A DNA stretch of 64,000 bases from Magnetococcales bacterium (GTDB taxonomy: Bacteria; Pseudomonadota; Magnetococcia; Magnetococcales; JADFWU01), in contig JADFWU010000006.1 of assembly GCA_015234045.1 (NCBI GenBank), forward strand, positions 25,192 through 89,191. The letters are read 5' to 3'. Position 1 is the stretch's first letter. Every line of letters begins with the position of its first letter. A program made the translations under genes and the position numbers. The notes under the pieces were generated by a model. It was not told the DNA's origin, made no database searches, and was given only the letters and a program-made list of their open reading frames with translations. Shown one piece after another: positions 46,454 to 57,914 of this stretch.

Positions 46454-48328
46454 GTGCAAACAGCCTTCCAACGCATCATGAATATTCTGGTCATATCGGC
46501 ACTTATCCTCTTCTCACTGACTTATCTGGTCAAAGCGGCGTATGTGGGTGATGGTTTTTTTGTGGATGACACCTACTATTATATGGTTGCCGCCATGAAC
46601 TTTGTGGAACATGGCTTTCTAAGTCTGGACTCAGTCACACACACCAACGGCTATCACCCGGTCTGGACCGGTGTCTGCATTGCCGTAGCCTGGGTGGTCA
46701 AACTGTTTGGCGGCACTCATAACCACATGGCCATGAGCATTGCCATGGTTGAGGCCATTTTCTATGTCTTGACGTTGGCTTCATTGGGGTTCTTTTACAG
46801 TAAACTGAGCGATGAAAAACCCAACCGAGCGCTGACCTTCTTTACACTCGCCGCCATATTATCCTACCCGTTGGTCAACTGGATGTTTCGATTGGGCATG
46901 GAGTCCACCCTGACGGCGCTGATCATGGTCTGGCTGGTCTATTTTCTGATCCGTGAGCGATGGTTTGCACTGTCGCTGATTATGGCCCTGCTGGTTATGA
47001 CACGGCTGGACACACTGGTATTTCTGATCTTTCCAACCTTGATGCTGCTCTTGATCCGGCCTGACTTCTCTCTGTTACGACCTATTGTTACCGGTTTTCC
47101 AACGGCTTTAGTCACCGCTGGGTATCTCTATTACAATCATCTCACCTTTGGTCACATCAAACCCATAAATGGTGTGCTACGCTCCTCGTTTCCCATACCC
47201 ACACCGCACTGGACCTTTCCACTTGATCCGGTAGCCAATGTTCATGATATCTACGGTGCCATCAAACTATTTTTAATGCCCAACACGCTATTATTGGTGG
47301 TGTTAGCCGTTGTTGGCATTGGTCTGATGTTACTTGGACCAGTACGTGAACGTCTACGCAGCATTGATCGTCTGTTCCTGATTACCGGCACCTTGTTGGT
47401 ACTCAATTTAATCCTGTTTCAAAAGTGGTCCAAAGGCATTGAACAGTGGTATTTTGCAGCGCCTCTAATACTGCTCATTCTTGGCTATGGTGGCATGTTC
47501 CGCGCCCTGCTTAATATGGTTAATCCAACTTGGTTGCGGGCTCTACTGGTCACTGTACCACTCTCTGGACTGGCCTATGTCGCCTTTGGTATGAGCCTGA
47601 ATACCACAGGCAATGCAGAAATCTCGTCAATAGTCTCACTTACTCTGGCAGGACTGATTCCACTTGTTGCCATTGTGTCCCTTCTGATTAAAGTAGAACC
47701 GATCAAACCGATCATTATGGCCATGGGATTTTCCGCCCTGCTGGTCTCTGCCACTGTGCACGCATTGACCCTTTCTCAGGATCACCGAACTGACGCTGCA
47801 CTATTGGATAAGTTCACACAATGCGTCACCGACAATGTTGCACCAGATGCCTTTGTTGCTGGAACTGACATCGGCGGAACAGCGTTCAAATCTCAGCGCC
47901 ATTTCGTTAATCTTGACGGTGTGGTGAACAATTTTGTCTATCAGGAGTATTTGAGAGACAAACGTCTTGCTGATTATCTGACCATGAAGAACGTCCAATA
48001 CATCGCTGTCACACTGTCGGAAAATCCGACCTTCAGCCCATATCGTGACATTGAAAACATGTATAAATCACGCATCGCGCCCGAAGCTGTACGCAATGAA
48101 CCCTATGAGTCTGTACCATTTTATGTCTACTCATACATGTACAATAACTTCAGCGATGAAATTCCACTGTTCCAACGCAATGAGGTGTGTCGTTCGGAGG
48201 TTTATATGGGTGGGAACAATCCATCAGTCGATATGCTGTTCCGCATTGAGGCATCGGTCTCTGACACACCTAAACCGGCCACCGACAGTACCCATGAACC
48301 CGCTAACAACACTGAGCCAACAGGCTGA
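46454..48328 (+). CDS. large polytopic membrane protein, GT-C-like glycosyltransferase candidate
   Basis: 624 aa, more than 12 TM segments plus a soluble C-domain. Acidic motif FFVDDTYYY in the first loop. GTG start. Confidence 0.6.
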   Translation: MQTAFQRIMNILVISALILFSLTYLVKAAYVGDGFFVDDTYYYMVAAMNFVEHGFLSLDSVTHTNGYHPVWTGVCIAVAWVVKLFGGTHNHMAMSIAMVEAIFYVLTLASLGFFYSKLSDEKPNRALTFFTLAAILSYPLVNWMFRLGMESTLTALIMVWLVYFLIRERWFALSLIMALLVMTRLDTLVFLIFPTLMLLLIRPDFSLLRPIVTGFPTALVTAGYLYYNHLTFGHIKPINGVLRSSFPIPTPHWTFPLDPVANVHDIYGAIKLFLMPNTLLLVVLAVVGIGLMLLGPVRERLRSIDRLFLITGTLLVLNLILFQKWSKGIEQWYFAAPLILLILGYGGMFRALLNMVNPTWLRALLVTVPLSGLAYVAFGMSLNTTGNAEISSIVSLTLAGLIPLVAIVSLLIKVEPIKPIIMAMGFSALLVSATVHALTLSQDHRTDAALLDKFTQCVTDNVAPDAFVAGTDIGGTAFKSQRHFVNLDGVVNNFVYQEYLRDKRLADYLTMKNVQYIAVTLSENPTFSPYRDIENMYKSRIAPEAVRNEPYESVPFYVYSYMYNNFSDEIPLFQRNEVCRSEVYMGGNNPSVDMLFRIEASVSDTPKPATDSTHEPANNTEPTG

Positions 48329-48441
48329 GTGGAAGCCCTGGTGATGTTTTTGCGCCGCTTTTGATATGTGAAGCAGATCATCGGGGCAAAAACATCGCCA
48401 GGGCTGGAACGGCTGCCTGTTCAAACTTTAGACGAATTCAC
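48325..48441 (+). repeat. structured intergenic repeat family B, copy 3
   Basis: Collinear with 12165-12281. Starts on the stop codon of the GT-C-like gene. Confidence 0.75.
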
Positions 48442-48444
48442 GAT

Positions 48445-48486
48445 AAAAAAAGGCCCTGAATGGTCATAATTCAGGGCCTTTTTTTA
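48445..48486. terminator. bidirectional intrinsic terminator
   Basis: A7-ggccctgaat N7 attcagggcc-T8. Confidence 0.75.
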
Positions 48487-48506
48487 TGGATTGAATTCAA
48501 TACCGA

Positions 48507-48941
48507 TTACACAATTCCTTCCTCACGGAGATACTCACCATACGCCATATCATCCCGCTTGACATGTTGAGAAAACCAGTCATGCATGAACGTCAATAGC
48601 GTTTTGACAAGCGCACGACGCTGTTCATCATCCTTGGCTTGTTCCAAACGTTTACTGAAATCGGTAAAATCTTCTTCAAGCTTGCGATGCGATTTCCGAT
48701 GTTTATCCAGACCTGGGAAATTGTGTTGAGCCATCAACATCTCTTCAAAGCTAAAATGTGTTTTCACATAGCCGGAAACCTGCATCATAAATAGCCCGAG
48801 CAACACATGCAGATGACCACCACTCACTTCAGGCTTGACTAATTTCTCAAGACCTTTCATGGCATCAACAAGCCCCTGATGCTGTTCATCCACTTCCGGG
48901 ATACCAATACTTAATGAATCCGACCATTCAAAAACAGACAT
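48507..48941 (-). CDS. bacteriohemerythrin
   Basis: FEWSDSLSIGIPEVDEQHQGLV plus downstream H/E ligand spacing. ATG at 48941 follows AAGGA. Confidence 0.85.
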   Translation of the reverse strand: MSVFEWSDSLSIGIPEVDEQHQGLVDAMKGLEKLVKPEVSGGHLHVLLGLFMMQVSGYVKTHFSFEEMLMAQHNFPGLDKHRKSHRKLEEDFTDFSKRLEQAKDDEQRRALVKTLLTFMHDWFSQHVKRDDMAYGEYLREEGIV

Positions 48942-48945
48942 TACT

Positions 48946-50337
<1,392 letters not shown>

Positions 50338-50383
50338 TTAAGAACCCATTTAGAAATCCATGATGCAGCGCCTCAAGGCATCT

Positions 50384-50599
50384 CTAAACAGGATCAGACG
50401 ATACGGGCGTAATTTGGATCACAGTCCCTGTGGATGACGGTATTTTAGCAGAAACAGCACATTTCGCCGCACCACAACCACATCCCGCTGGCGTTGATCC
50501 AAACAAACCCAGTGTCCGTTTTATATACCGTCCGACCAGGAAAAGACAAATCATTAGAATAACGGAGAGGATCACAGCCTCCATTGGATCACTGCTCAT
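50384..50599 (-). CDS. FeoB-associated Cys-rich membrane peptide
   Basis: ATGA overlap with the feoB stop. One TM segment followed by GCGCGAAKC. Confidence 0.6.
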   Translation of the reverse strand: MSSDPMEAVILSVILMICLFLVGRYIKRTLGLFGSTPAGCGCGAAKCAVSAKIPSSTGTVIQITPVSSDPV

Positions 50600-52782
50600 G
50601 ACACGATTACCTCACCAATAAAGTAGACAGCACTGGCCAATCCGTAAGCAATGACCAACGAAAAAGCCATCGAAAAAATAGTCCAACGCCATGAGCGTGT
50701 TTCACGTTTAATCACAGCGATCGTGGACAGACAGGGCATGTAGAGCAGACTGAACACCATAAAGGCCAACGCTGATGTGGGAGTCATGCCAGATCTCATG
50801 GCTTTACGCAATCCTTCAGACGCTTCATCCACCTCCTCGCCCATCTGATACATCACACCCATGGTAGAAACGATCACCTCTTTGGCCACCATGCCCGTCA
50901 ACAGTGCCACCGAAGATTTCCAGTCCAGTCCAAGCGGTTCAAACAATACGCTGATCGACTGGCCAATTTGTCCTAGATAACGGGCTTTCTGTTCTTCTGC
51001 GGTACGCTCAAATTTCAATTCAGCCAGCGCATCATTACGTTGCTTGCTGGGCTGCATCAACTCGATTTTACTCTGCTCTGCCTCATAATTCCGGCTCAAC
51101 GGTACATCCATGGGATAGGATTGCAGAAACCAGATCACAATGGAGCCAACCAGAATCACACCACTGACTTTTTTGATGAACTCAATAACCGGCTCGCCCA
51201 TATGGGTGAGAATTGATTGAATGGTTGGACGGCGATACGGTGGCAACTCCATGATAAAGGTCTCTGCTTCACCGCGCAGGATGGTTTTTTTCAGCAAAAA
51301 AGCCGAAGAGAGCGCCACAACAATGCCCGCGATATACATGGAGAACACCACTGTACCAGCACGTTCAGCAAAGAAAGCACCAGCAAACAGCACAAATACC
51401 GGCAATCGGGCCGCACAGGAGATGAACGGATTGATCAAAATCGCCACCATTCGATCCCGATGATTGTTGATAGTCCGTGTAGCCATAATGGCCGGCACAT
51501 TACAGCCAAACCCCATCAACAACGGAATGAAGGTCTTGCCTTGCAGCCCCAATGACCGCATGATCCGATCTACCAGAAACGCCACCCGTGCGATGTAACC
51601 GGTATCTTCAAACAGCGCGATAAAAAAGAACAGAAAAACAATATTGGGCAGAAAAACCAATACACTACCCATCCCATTGATCACACCATCAACCAATAAG
51701 CTCTTCAGCTGACCTTCTGACATCAAACCATCAACAAACCCTGAAAACCCCTCAACCAAGGACTCAATCCAACCCGCCGGAATAGCGCCCAACTCAAAGG
51801 TGCTTTGAAACATGGTCCACATTAACAAAAGAAAGATCGGCAGTCCGATGAGGCGATTCAGCAGAACATTATCCAGACGATCGGTAAGACTGGGTTTGTG
51901 GACCACTTTGCCCAGTTCAGCATCCGTTGCATAATCTGGAAAATCACCTTTACGAAACAGACGCATCAACCCCTGAATCAAACCATAACGCGCATTTGCA
52001 AATAGAATCCCCGCATCACACCCATGTTGACGTGACAAATGCGCCCGCTCTTTTCGCGCCAATGCCAACATATCGTCAACATCCAACGCACCTTGAGCAA
52101 CCTCTTCATCCCCTTCCAACAGTTTGATGGCTAACCAACGCGCCTGACTGTGGCTTGGACCATCATCCAACCCATCATCATGAGGCAAATGTTCATGGAG
52201 GCGTTCAATAGCTTCTTCAAGATGGGTGTCGTAGGGAATCAAAACCCGACGATCCCGCGCCCCTTGCTCCATTTCATCAACAATGGCATCCAAAATACGG
52301 TTGGTCCCTTTACCGGTATGGGCAACCGTCTCTACCACAGGACCATCCAGAAACGCTGAAAAGGCTTCCAGATCAATCTCTATGCCTTTTTTACGCGCTT
52401 CATCCACCATATTAAGACAGTAGATTCGCCGCCGATCCATCTCGATCAACTGGGTGGTTAAAAAGAGATTGCGCTCCAGATTACCTGCATCAATCACATT
52501 GAGAATGATATCCGGCTGCTCTTCAAGAATATGACGGCGGCTGGCAACCTCATATTTGGATGATGAAGAGAGCGAATAGATACCCGGCAGATCCACCAGA
52601 CTAATCTCATAGCCCCGGTGGACAACCTTGCCTTCTGCCCGTGAGACAGTGACACCTGGAAAGTTGCCAACATGATGTTGGGATCGTGTGAGTTTATTGA
52701 ACAGTGTGGTTTTGCCACTGTTGGGATTGCCTGCCAGGGCAACGGTAATGGTTTTTCTGACAGCTGAAGCGGATTTAGACAT
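50596..52782 (-). CDS. feoB: ferrous iron transporter FeoB
   Basis: GNPNSGKTTLFN G-domain plus a polytopic permease. Confidence 0.95.
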   Translation of the reverse strand: MSKSASAVRKTITVALAGNPNSGKTTLFNKLTRSQHHVGNFPGVTVSRAEGKVVHRGYEISLVDLPGIYSLSSSSKYEVASRRHILEEQPDIILNVIDAGNLERNLFLTTQLIEMDRRRIYCLNMVDEARKKGIEIDLEAFSAFLDGPVVETVAHTGKGTNRILDAIVDEMEQGARDRRVLIPYDTHLEEAIERLHEHLPHDDGLDDGPSHSQARWLAIKLLEGDEEVAQGALDVDDMLALARKERAHLSRQHGCDAGILFANARYGLIQGLMRLFRKGDFPDYATDAELGKVVHKPSLTDRLDNVLLNRLIGLPIFLLLMWTMFQSTFELGAIPAGWIESLVEGFSGFVDGLMSEGQLKSLLVDGVINGMGSVLVFLPNIVFLFFFIALFEDTGYIARVAFLVDRIMRSLGLQGKTFIPLLMGFGCNVPAIMATRTINNHRDRMVAILINPFISCAARLPVFVLFAGAFFAERAGTVVFSMYIAGIVVALSSAFLLKKTILRGEAETFIMELPPYRRPTIQSILTHMGEPVIEFIKKVSGVILVGSIVIWFLQSYPMDVPLSRNYEAEQSKIELMQPSKQRNDALAELKFERTAEEQKARYLGQIGQSISVLFEPLGLDWKSSVALLTGMVAKEVIVSTMGVMYQMGEEVDEASEGLRKAMRSGMTPTSALAFMVFSLLYMPCLSTIAVIKRETRSWRWTIFSMAFSLVIAYGLASAVYFIGEVIVS

Positions 52783-52796
52783 TTAGTAGAAAGCCC

Positions 52797-53051
52797 TCAG
52801 GCCAATTTCTTACGCTTAACATCAAGCTCAATATTGCGTGCTTCGGTATTACGCAAACTGATCTGGAACCCATAGACAGTATAGGTACGCGGATCACCCA
52901 ACGGTGCCACACGAGACACCTGAATATTGGCACCGTGGACCAACCCCATTTCGGACAAACGGCGTTGAAGCTGTTTATCTCCATGAATATGATTGATTTT
53001 TGCACTCTGTCCGGGTTTCAGATCATAGAGTGTTGCTTTGTTTTTTCCCAT
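52797..53051 (-). CDS. feoA: FeoA
   Basis: SH3-like FeoA pattern (LYDLKPGQSAKI..RLSEMGL). Confidence 0.9.
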   Translation of the reverse strand: MGKNKATLYDLKPGQSAKINHIHGDKQLQRRLSEMGLVHGANIQVSRVAPLGDPRTYTVYGFQISLRNTEARNIELDVKRKKLA

Positions 53052-53067
53052 GGCGTGAGGCGCTCCT

Positions 53068-53086
53068 GCAAATGAGAATGATTATT
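53068..53086. promoter_or_regulatory. Fur box candidate upstream of feoA
   Basis: gcaAATGAgAATgATTATt, 14/19 to GATAATGATAATCATTATC. A weaker second site (12/19) lies at 53128-53146. Confidence 0.5.
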
Positions 53087-53375
53087 GTTTGAGCGAAATT
53101 TACTCTCAATCAGAGAGATTGTCAAGCACTAATGATACAGATTCTCATTTAAAAGTTCGTTCAACTGCGTAACGCCTGTTTATATGTTTCCTTGGACCTG
53201 GAACCATTTATAATCTCGTAGTATTTTGTAAATTAGCTGATGAAAGTATAGAATAGGTTGGTTTTTTCTTTGATTGTCCATAGAGCAGAATTCCATAATA
53301 TTTTCAATTGGTAATCATTAATTAACCTATTAAAATTGCACTGACTTCAAGTCATACTCCAAGGACTATCATCCC

Positions 53376-56300
53376 ATGCTGAGTTTCATTGACAGCGCAA
53401 TTGATATCAACAGCCAACTGTCAGGCAACTATCATCCGATACTGTTACTACTTTCGGTTCTTGCGGCGTTCTTAGGCGCATTTACCGCGATATCTGTTGT
53501 AGATCATCTCAGAAATACTGATCACAGTTCACATAGACTGAGTTGGTTGATATTTGGCGCTCTTTCTTTGGGTATCGGTACATTTGGCATGCACTTTCTC
53601 GGCATGCTGGCCTATCAATTACCACTGCCCGTTTACTACGATATAATCATTACCACCGGATCTGTCATTCCCGCCATACTATCCTCTGCTGTGGCGCTAT
53701 ATCTATTGAGCAAGAGGAGCACCTTGGGCACTGTTCAGGTTCTTCTTGGCGGCATAATCATTGGTGCCGGTATTGGTACGATGCACTATATCGGCATGAT
53801 GGCCATGCGCCTTGATGCCCTCATGTTGTATGACCCCTGGTTATTTGCACTCTCAATTATTGTTGCCTGTCTTGTCTCTATCATTGCCATAAGCGCCCGC
53901 ACGCTTACCCGACATTTTGGACTTGATCCATCAAAAAAAACCGGGCGTATTATCAGTGCGTTTATTCTCTCTCTAGCGATTTCTGCCATGCATTACACAG
54001 CAATGATGGCAACATTTTTTATCCAGAAAAGCAGCAATCCTATTAAATATGAATGGGTATTTAATCGGCTGGAATTAGGGGTTGGATTGACCGTATTGGC
54101 GCTTTTATTAATCATGTCTGTACTGTTCACCCTGTGGATAGAGTCGGGTTTTCATGACAGCCGAATTCTACAGTCAAAACAGACTCGAAAAATGCTCATC
54201 AAGACTGTTTTAATTGTGATGGCTATCACCTTAACCGCTCTTTCGATCATGTTTATGATTACCGTATATATCCATGACAGCACAACCCGTCAGGAAGAGA
54301 TATTTATCGGTGAGGTGGAAGTGGAACGGGCAATGAAAAGTGCCTCTCAAGACTTTGATGCCATTGCTTCGGATTTGAACGTATTACTGGGTGATAATGA
54401 GCTACTGGACTACCTGAGCGATCACTCTGAACGCAACAAAAAACGATTGGCCCATCAGTTCGCAACCATTGCCAAACAACGGCGTGCCTATGACCAGATT
54501 CGTCTGTTAGACGTTTCAGGTATGGAAGTGGTTCGCGTCAATTCTGATCGACAGGGATCTGTCTCCTTTGTCCCTCAAGAGGCACTTCAGAATAAGTCCA
54601 GCAAACCCTATTTTCAGCACGCCATTAAGCTTGATCCTCAGCAATTCCACATCTCCCGTTTTGACCTCAACATGGAACACGGAGAGATCGAGGTACCTTT
54701 TAAGCCAGTGATCCGTTTTTCTGCACCAGTCTTTGATCAGTCAGGGCAACGACAAGGCATTATGGTTCTCAACTACCTGGGTTCAGTGCTTATTGATCAT
54801 ATTGCAACGGTGTTTTCTCCGGGGAATAGTCATATTTATCTGATTGATAGTGAGGGATATTTCATTAAATCCCCACGACCTGAGGATGAATGGGGGTTCA
54901 TGCATGGCAACGATATCACTTTTAAATCAATGCACCCCCAAGCATGGCAATTGATTAATAACAATGAAAAGGGTGCCTTCACTGTCGGAGAAAGTGCTTT
55001 TATCTACGGCACCATATCCACCACCATGAGTAAAACACGCCCCTTACAGTTTGGTACACAAAAGAAAAGCTGGAAAGTAATCGTCCATTCCAAACCAGAA
55101 TTCTGGACGTTTGAGGATATCCAAGATCACCTGGTCGCGGCGGTGGTTTTTATCTGTGGGCTGATTCTCACCCTCTTTATCTCCTGGTTGATTGCCACAT
55201 CCATCATTTCGCGCAAACTGTCTGAAGAGTCCCAAAAGGAGATGCTTCAGGAGTTAAACTTTCAGAAATTTGCCTTGGATGAGCATGCCATCGTCAGTGC
55301 AACTGATGTCAAAGGCAATATCACTTACATGAATGAACGTTTTGTGGATATCAGCGGCTATTCAACAAAAGAGCTATTGGGAAAAAATCACCGACTGATC
55401 AAATCGGATGCCCATACACCCGAATTTTACAAAGAGATGTGGCAAACCATTGCACACGGCAAAACATGGCATGGTGAGGTCAAAAACCTAGCCAAAGATG
55501 GTACACCCTATTGGGTGCGGGCCACGATCGTGCCCTTTATGAATAAGGCGGGCAAACCGTACCGCTATGTTTCTATCCGTACCGACATCACAACCATGAA
55601 AAAGCTGGAAGATGACCTCACTCAGGCAAAAGAAACCGCTGAAGAAGCGGGACGCGCCAAAAGTGAATTTTTGGCCAATATGAGCCATGAAATCCGAACA
55701 CCCATGAACGCTGTTATCGGCCTCAGCCATCTCTGTCTTCAGACTGAGTTAACCTCAAAACAGCGGGATTATCTGCAAAAGGTTCACAGCTCTGCTACCT
55801 CTCTATTACGCATTATCAACGATATCCTTGATTTCTCCAAGATTGAGGCTGGTCGCCTGGATATGGAGTTTATTCCTTTTACCTTGGAAGAGGTTTTAGG
55901 CAACCTTGCTTCACTGATCACATTAAAATCACAGGAGAAACAGCTTGAATTTTTGATGAACACAGCGATAGATGTGCCAGCCAGTCTGGTAGGCGACCCT
56001 TTACGGCTCGGTCAGATTCTGATCAACCTGACCAACAATGCATTGAAGTTTACCGAGTCCGGCGAGATCGTGGTCACCACCGAGATAATTGAACGCGGTA
56101 AGTCCGATATCCGACTCCGCTTTACTGTCCGTGATACCGGCATCGGCATGACTGAGACACAATGCGCCAGACTTTTTCAAGCGTTCAGCCAGGCTGACAG
56201 CTCAACAACCCGGAAATATGGCGGCACTGGCTTGGGATTGATCATTTCAAAGAAACTGGTTGAGATGATGGATGGCTCAATCAGAGTAGAAAGCACGCCA

Positions 56301-57914
56301 GGCATAGGCTCCAGCTTTATTTTTGATGCGCATTTCGGTATTTCAGATCAAACGCCAAGTGTGAATCTAACACCTGCAAAAGATCTTCGTAATCTCAATG
56401 TCTTGGCAGTGGATGACAATGATACTGCACTGAAAGTAATTACCGATTATCTCGCCTCGTTCACCTTCAAAGTAACCCAAGCCCATGATGGCAAGCAGGC
56501 TCTGATAAAGGTTCAAGAAGCGGAGATGGCTGGCAAGCCGTATGATCTGGTTGTCATCGACTACATGATGCCGGAAATGGATGGTATCGAAGCCTCTGAA
56601 CGCATAAAACAAAAACTTAATCTCCAACATGTGCCAAGAATTGTCATGGCCACAGCATATGGCGATGAAAGAGTGGTAAAAAGGGCCATTCAAGGCGCTG
56701 AAGTGGATGGTTTTCTGGTCAAACCCATCAGTCAGAACTTACTGTTTGAGACAATCATGGAGGTGTTTGGCCATATCGAAACACCGGAACGGGAGATCAA
56801 TTGCCAGGCAAGCGATGAAGCACACTTGTCCGCCCTATCCGGTGCTCAGCTATTATTGGTTGAAGATAATGAGATAAATCAACAGGTTGCCAGAGAACTT
56901 CTGGAACAAGCCGGTATCACCGTATCCCTTGCTGAAAATGGACAAAAAGCCATCTCAATGATCGCAGAGCACCATTTTGATGGCGTGCTGATGGACCTGC
57001 AAATGCCGGTGATGGATGGCATAACCGCTTGTAAAAAAATCCGCCAAAAATCAGAACATGCCATGCTGCCCATCCTCGCCATGACAGCCAATGCCATGGC
57101 TGGAGATCGTGAACGCTGCCTTGAGGCTGGTATGCAAGATCATATCGCCAAGCCCATCAATCCAGAAAACATGTTTGCAACCCTGGCTCAATGGATCAGG
57201 CCGATCAATAAAAAACCAGTGGAAAAACAGACATCTGAATCCACTAAACCCACTCAATCAACTCAGCCCGACACTTCCACAAATTCGGTCTTGGAGATTG
57301 AAGGAATCGACACCACAACCGGTGTCGCCCGTGTTGGTGGGAACAATGAGTTCTACCTTAGCCTTCTGAAGAAATTTCAAAATAACCAGCACAATGCCAT
57401 TGAAATTATTCTATCCGCTCTTTCCGATGGTGATGTCGAACTGGCTGAACGCACTGCACACTCCTTAAAAGGAGTCTCGGCAACCATTGGCGCAACGACG
57501 CTTGCTGAACATGCGCAAGTCGTGGAAAACAATATTAATTCAGGGCAAAGCCTTGATGATCTCCGTCCCGATATAGAACAGTGTTCTGAAACCCTGCAAA
57601 GCGTGATGAAAGCACTTTCAGCATGCCTTTCATCGGAGAAAACAGCACCAATTAACACATCCAGTGATCAAAACTTTGATGAGTCCCTGTTTGACAAACA
57701 GCTTCAACATGCCGCCAAACAGTTGGAACTCTTTGATGCCGAAGTAGAGAATACACTCAAAACAATCAGTGCCATGTCACCTCCAGAAGAGGTGAATAGC
57801 TGGCTGGTGACGATGAATGAGTATGTTCAGCAATATGATTTCGAATCAGCACTCGAAACATTAACGCAGTTCGCACACAATCGCGGCATTAATATGGAAA
57901 ACGCCGATGTCTGA
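53376..57914 (+). CDS. MHYT-domain hybrid sensor histidine kinase (MHYT x3, extracytoplasmic domain, PAS, HisKA-HATPase, REC, REC, HPt)
   Basis: [30 protein letters not shown]. Two DD..D..MP.MDG receivers. [12 protein letters not shown]. Confidence 0.9.
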   Translation: MLSFIDSAIDINSQLSGNYHPILLLLSVLAAFLGAFTAISVVDHLRNTDHSSHRLSWLIFGALSLGIGTFGMHFLGMLAYQLPLPVYYDIIITTGSVIPAILSSAVALYLLSKRSTLGTVQVLLGGIIIGAGIGTMHYIGMMAMRLDALMLYDPWLFALSIIVACLVSIIAISARTLTRHFGLDPSKKTGRIISAFILSLAISAMHYTAMMATFFIQKSSNPIKYEWVFNRLELGVGLTVLALLLIMSVLFTLWIESGFHDSRILQSKQTRKMLIKTVLIVMAITLTALSIMFMITVYIHDSTTRQEEIFIGEVEVERAMKSASQDFDAIASDLNVLLGDNELLDYLSDHSERNKKRLAHQFATIAKQRRAYDQIRLLDVSGMEVVRVNSDRQGSVSFVPQEALQNKSSKPYFQHAIKLDPQQFHISRFDLNMEHGEIEVPFKPVIRFSAPVFDQSGQRQGIMVLNYLGSVLIDHIATVFSPGNSHIYLIDSEGYFIKSPRPEDEWGFMHGNDITFKSMHPQAWQLINNNEKGAFTVGESAFIYGTISTTMSKTRPLQFGTQKKSWKVIVHSKPEFWTFEDIQDHLVAAVVFICGLILTLFISWLIATSIISRKLSEESQKEMLQELNFQKFALDEHAIVSATDVKGNITYMNERFVDISGYSTKELLGKNHRLIKSDAHTPEFYKEMWQTIAHGKTWHGEVKNLAKDGTPYWVRATIVPFMNKAGKPYRYVSIRTDITTMKKLEDDLTQAKETAEEAGRAKSEFLANMSHEIRTPMNAVIGLSHLCLQTELTSKQRDYLQKVHSSATSLLRIINDILDFSKIEAGRLDMEFIPFTLEEVLGNLASLITLKSQEKQLEFLMNTAIDVPASLVGDPLRLGQILINLTNNALKFTESGEIVVTTEIIERGKSDIRLRFTVRDTGIGMTETQCARLFQAFSQADSSTTRKYGGTGLGLIISKKLVEMMDGSIRVESTPGIGSSFIFDAHFGISDQTPSVNLTPAKDLRNLNVLAVDDNDTALKVITDYLASFTFKVTQAHDGKQALIKVQEAEMAGKPYDLVVIDYMMPEMDGIEASERIKQKLNLQHVPRIVMATAYGDERVVKRAIQGAEVDGFLVKPISQNLLFETIMEVFGHIETPEREINCQASDEAHLSALSGAQLLLVEDNEINQQVARELLEQAGITVSLAENGQKAISMIAEHHFDGVLMDLQMPVMDGITACKKIRQKSEHAMLPILAMTANAMAGDRERCLEAGMQDHIAKPINPENMFATLAQWIRPINKKPVEKQTSESTKPTQSTQPDTSTNSVLEIEGIDTTTGVARVGGNNEFYLSLLKKFQNNQHNAIEIILSALSDGDVELAERTAHSLKGVSATIGATTLAEHAQVVENNINSGQSLDDLRPDIEQCSETLQSVMKALSACLSSEKTAPINTSSDQNFDESLFDKQLQHAAKQLELFDAEVENTLKTISAMSPPEEVNSWLVTMNEYVQQYDFESALETLTQFAHNRGINMENADV

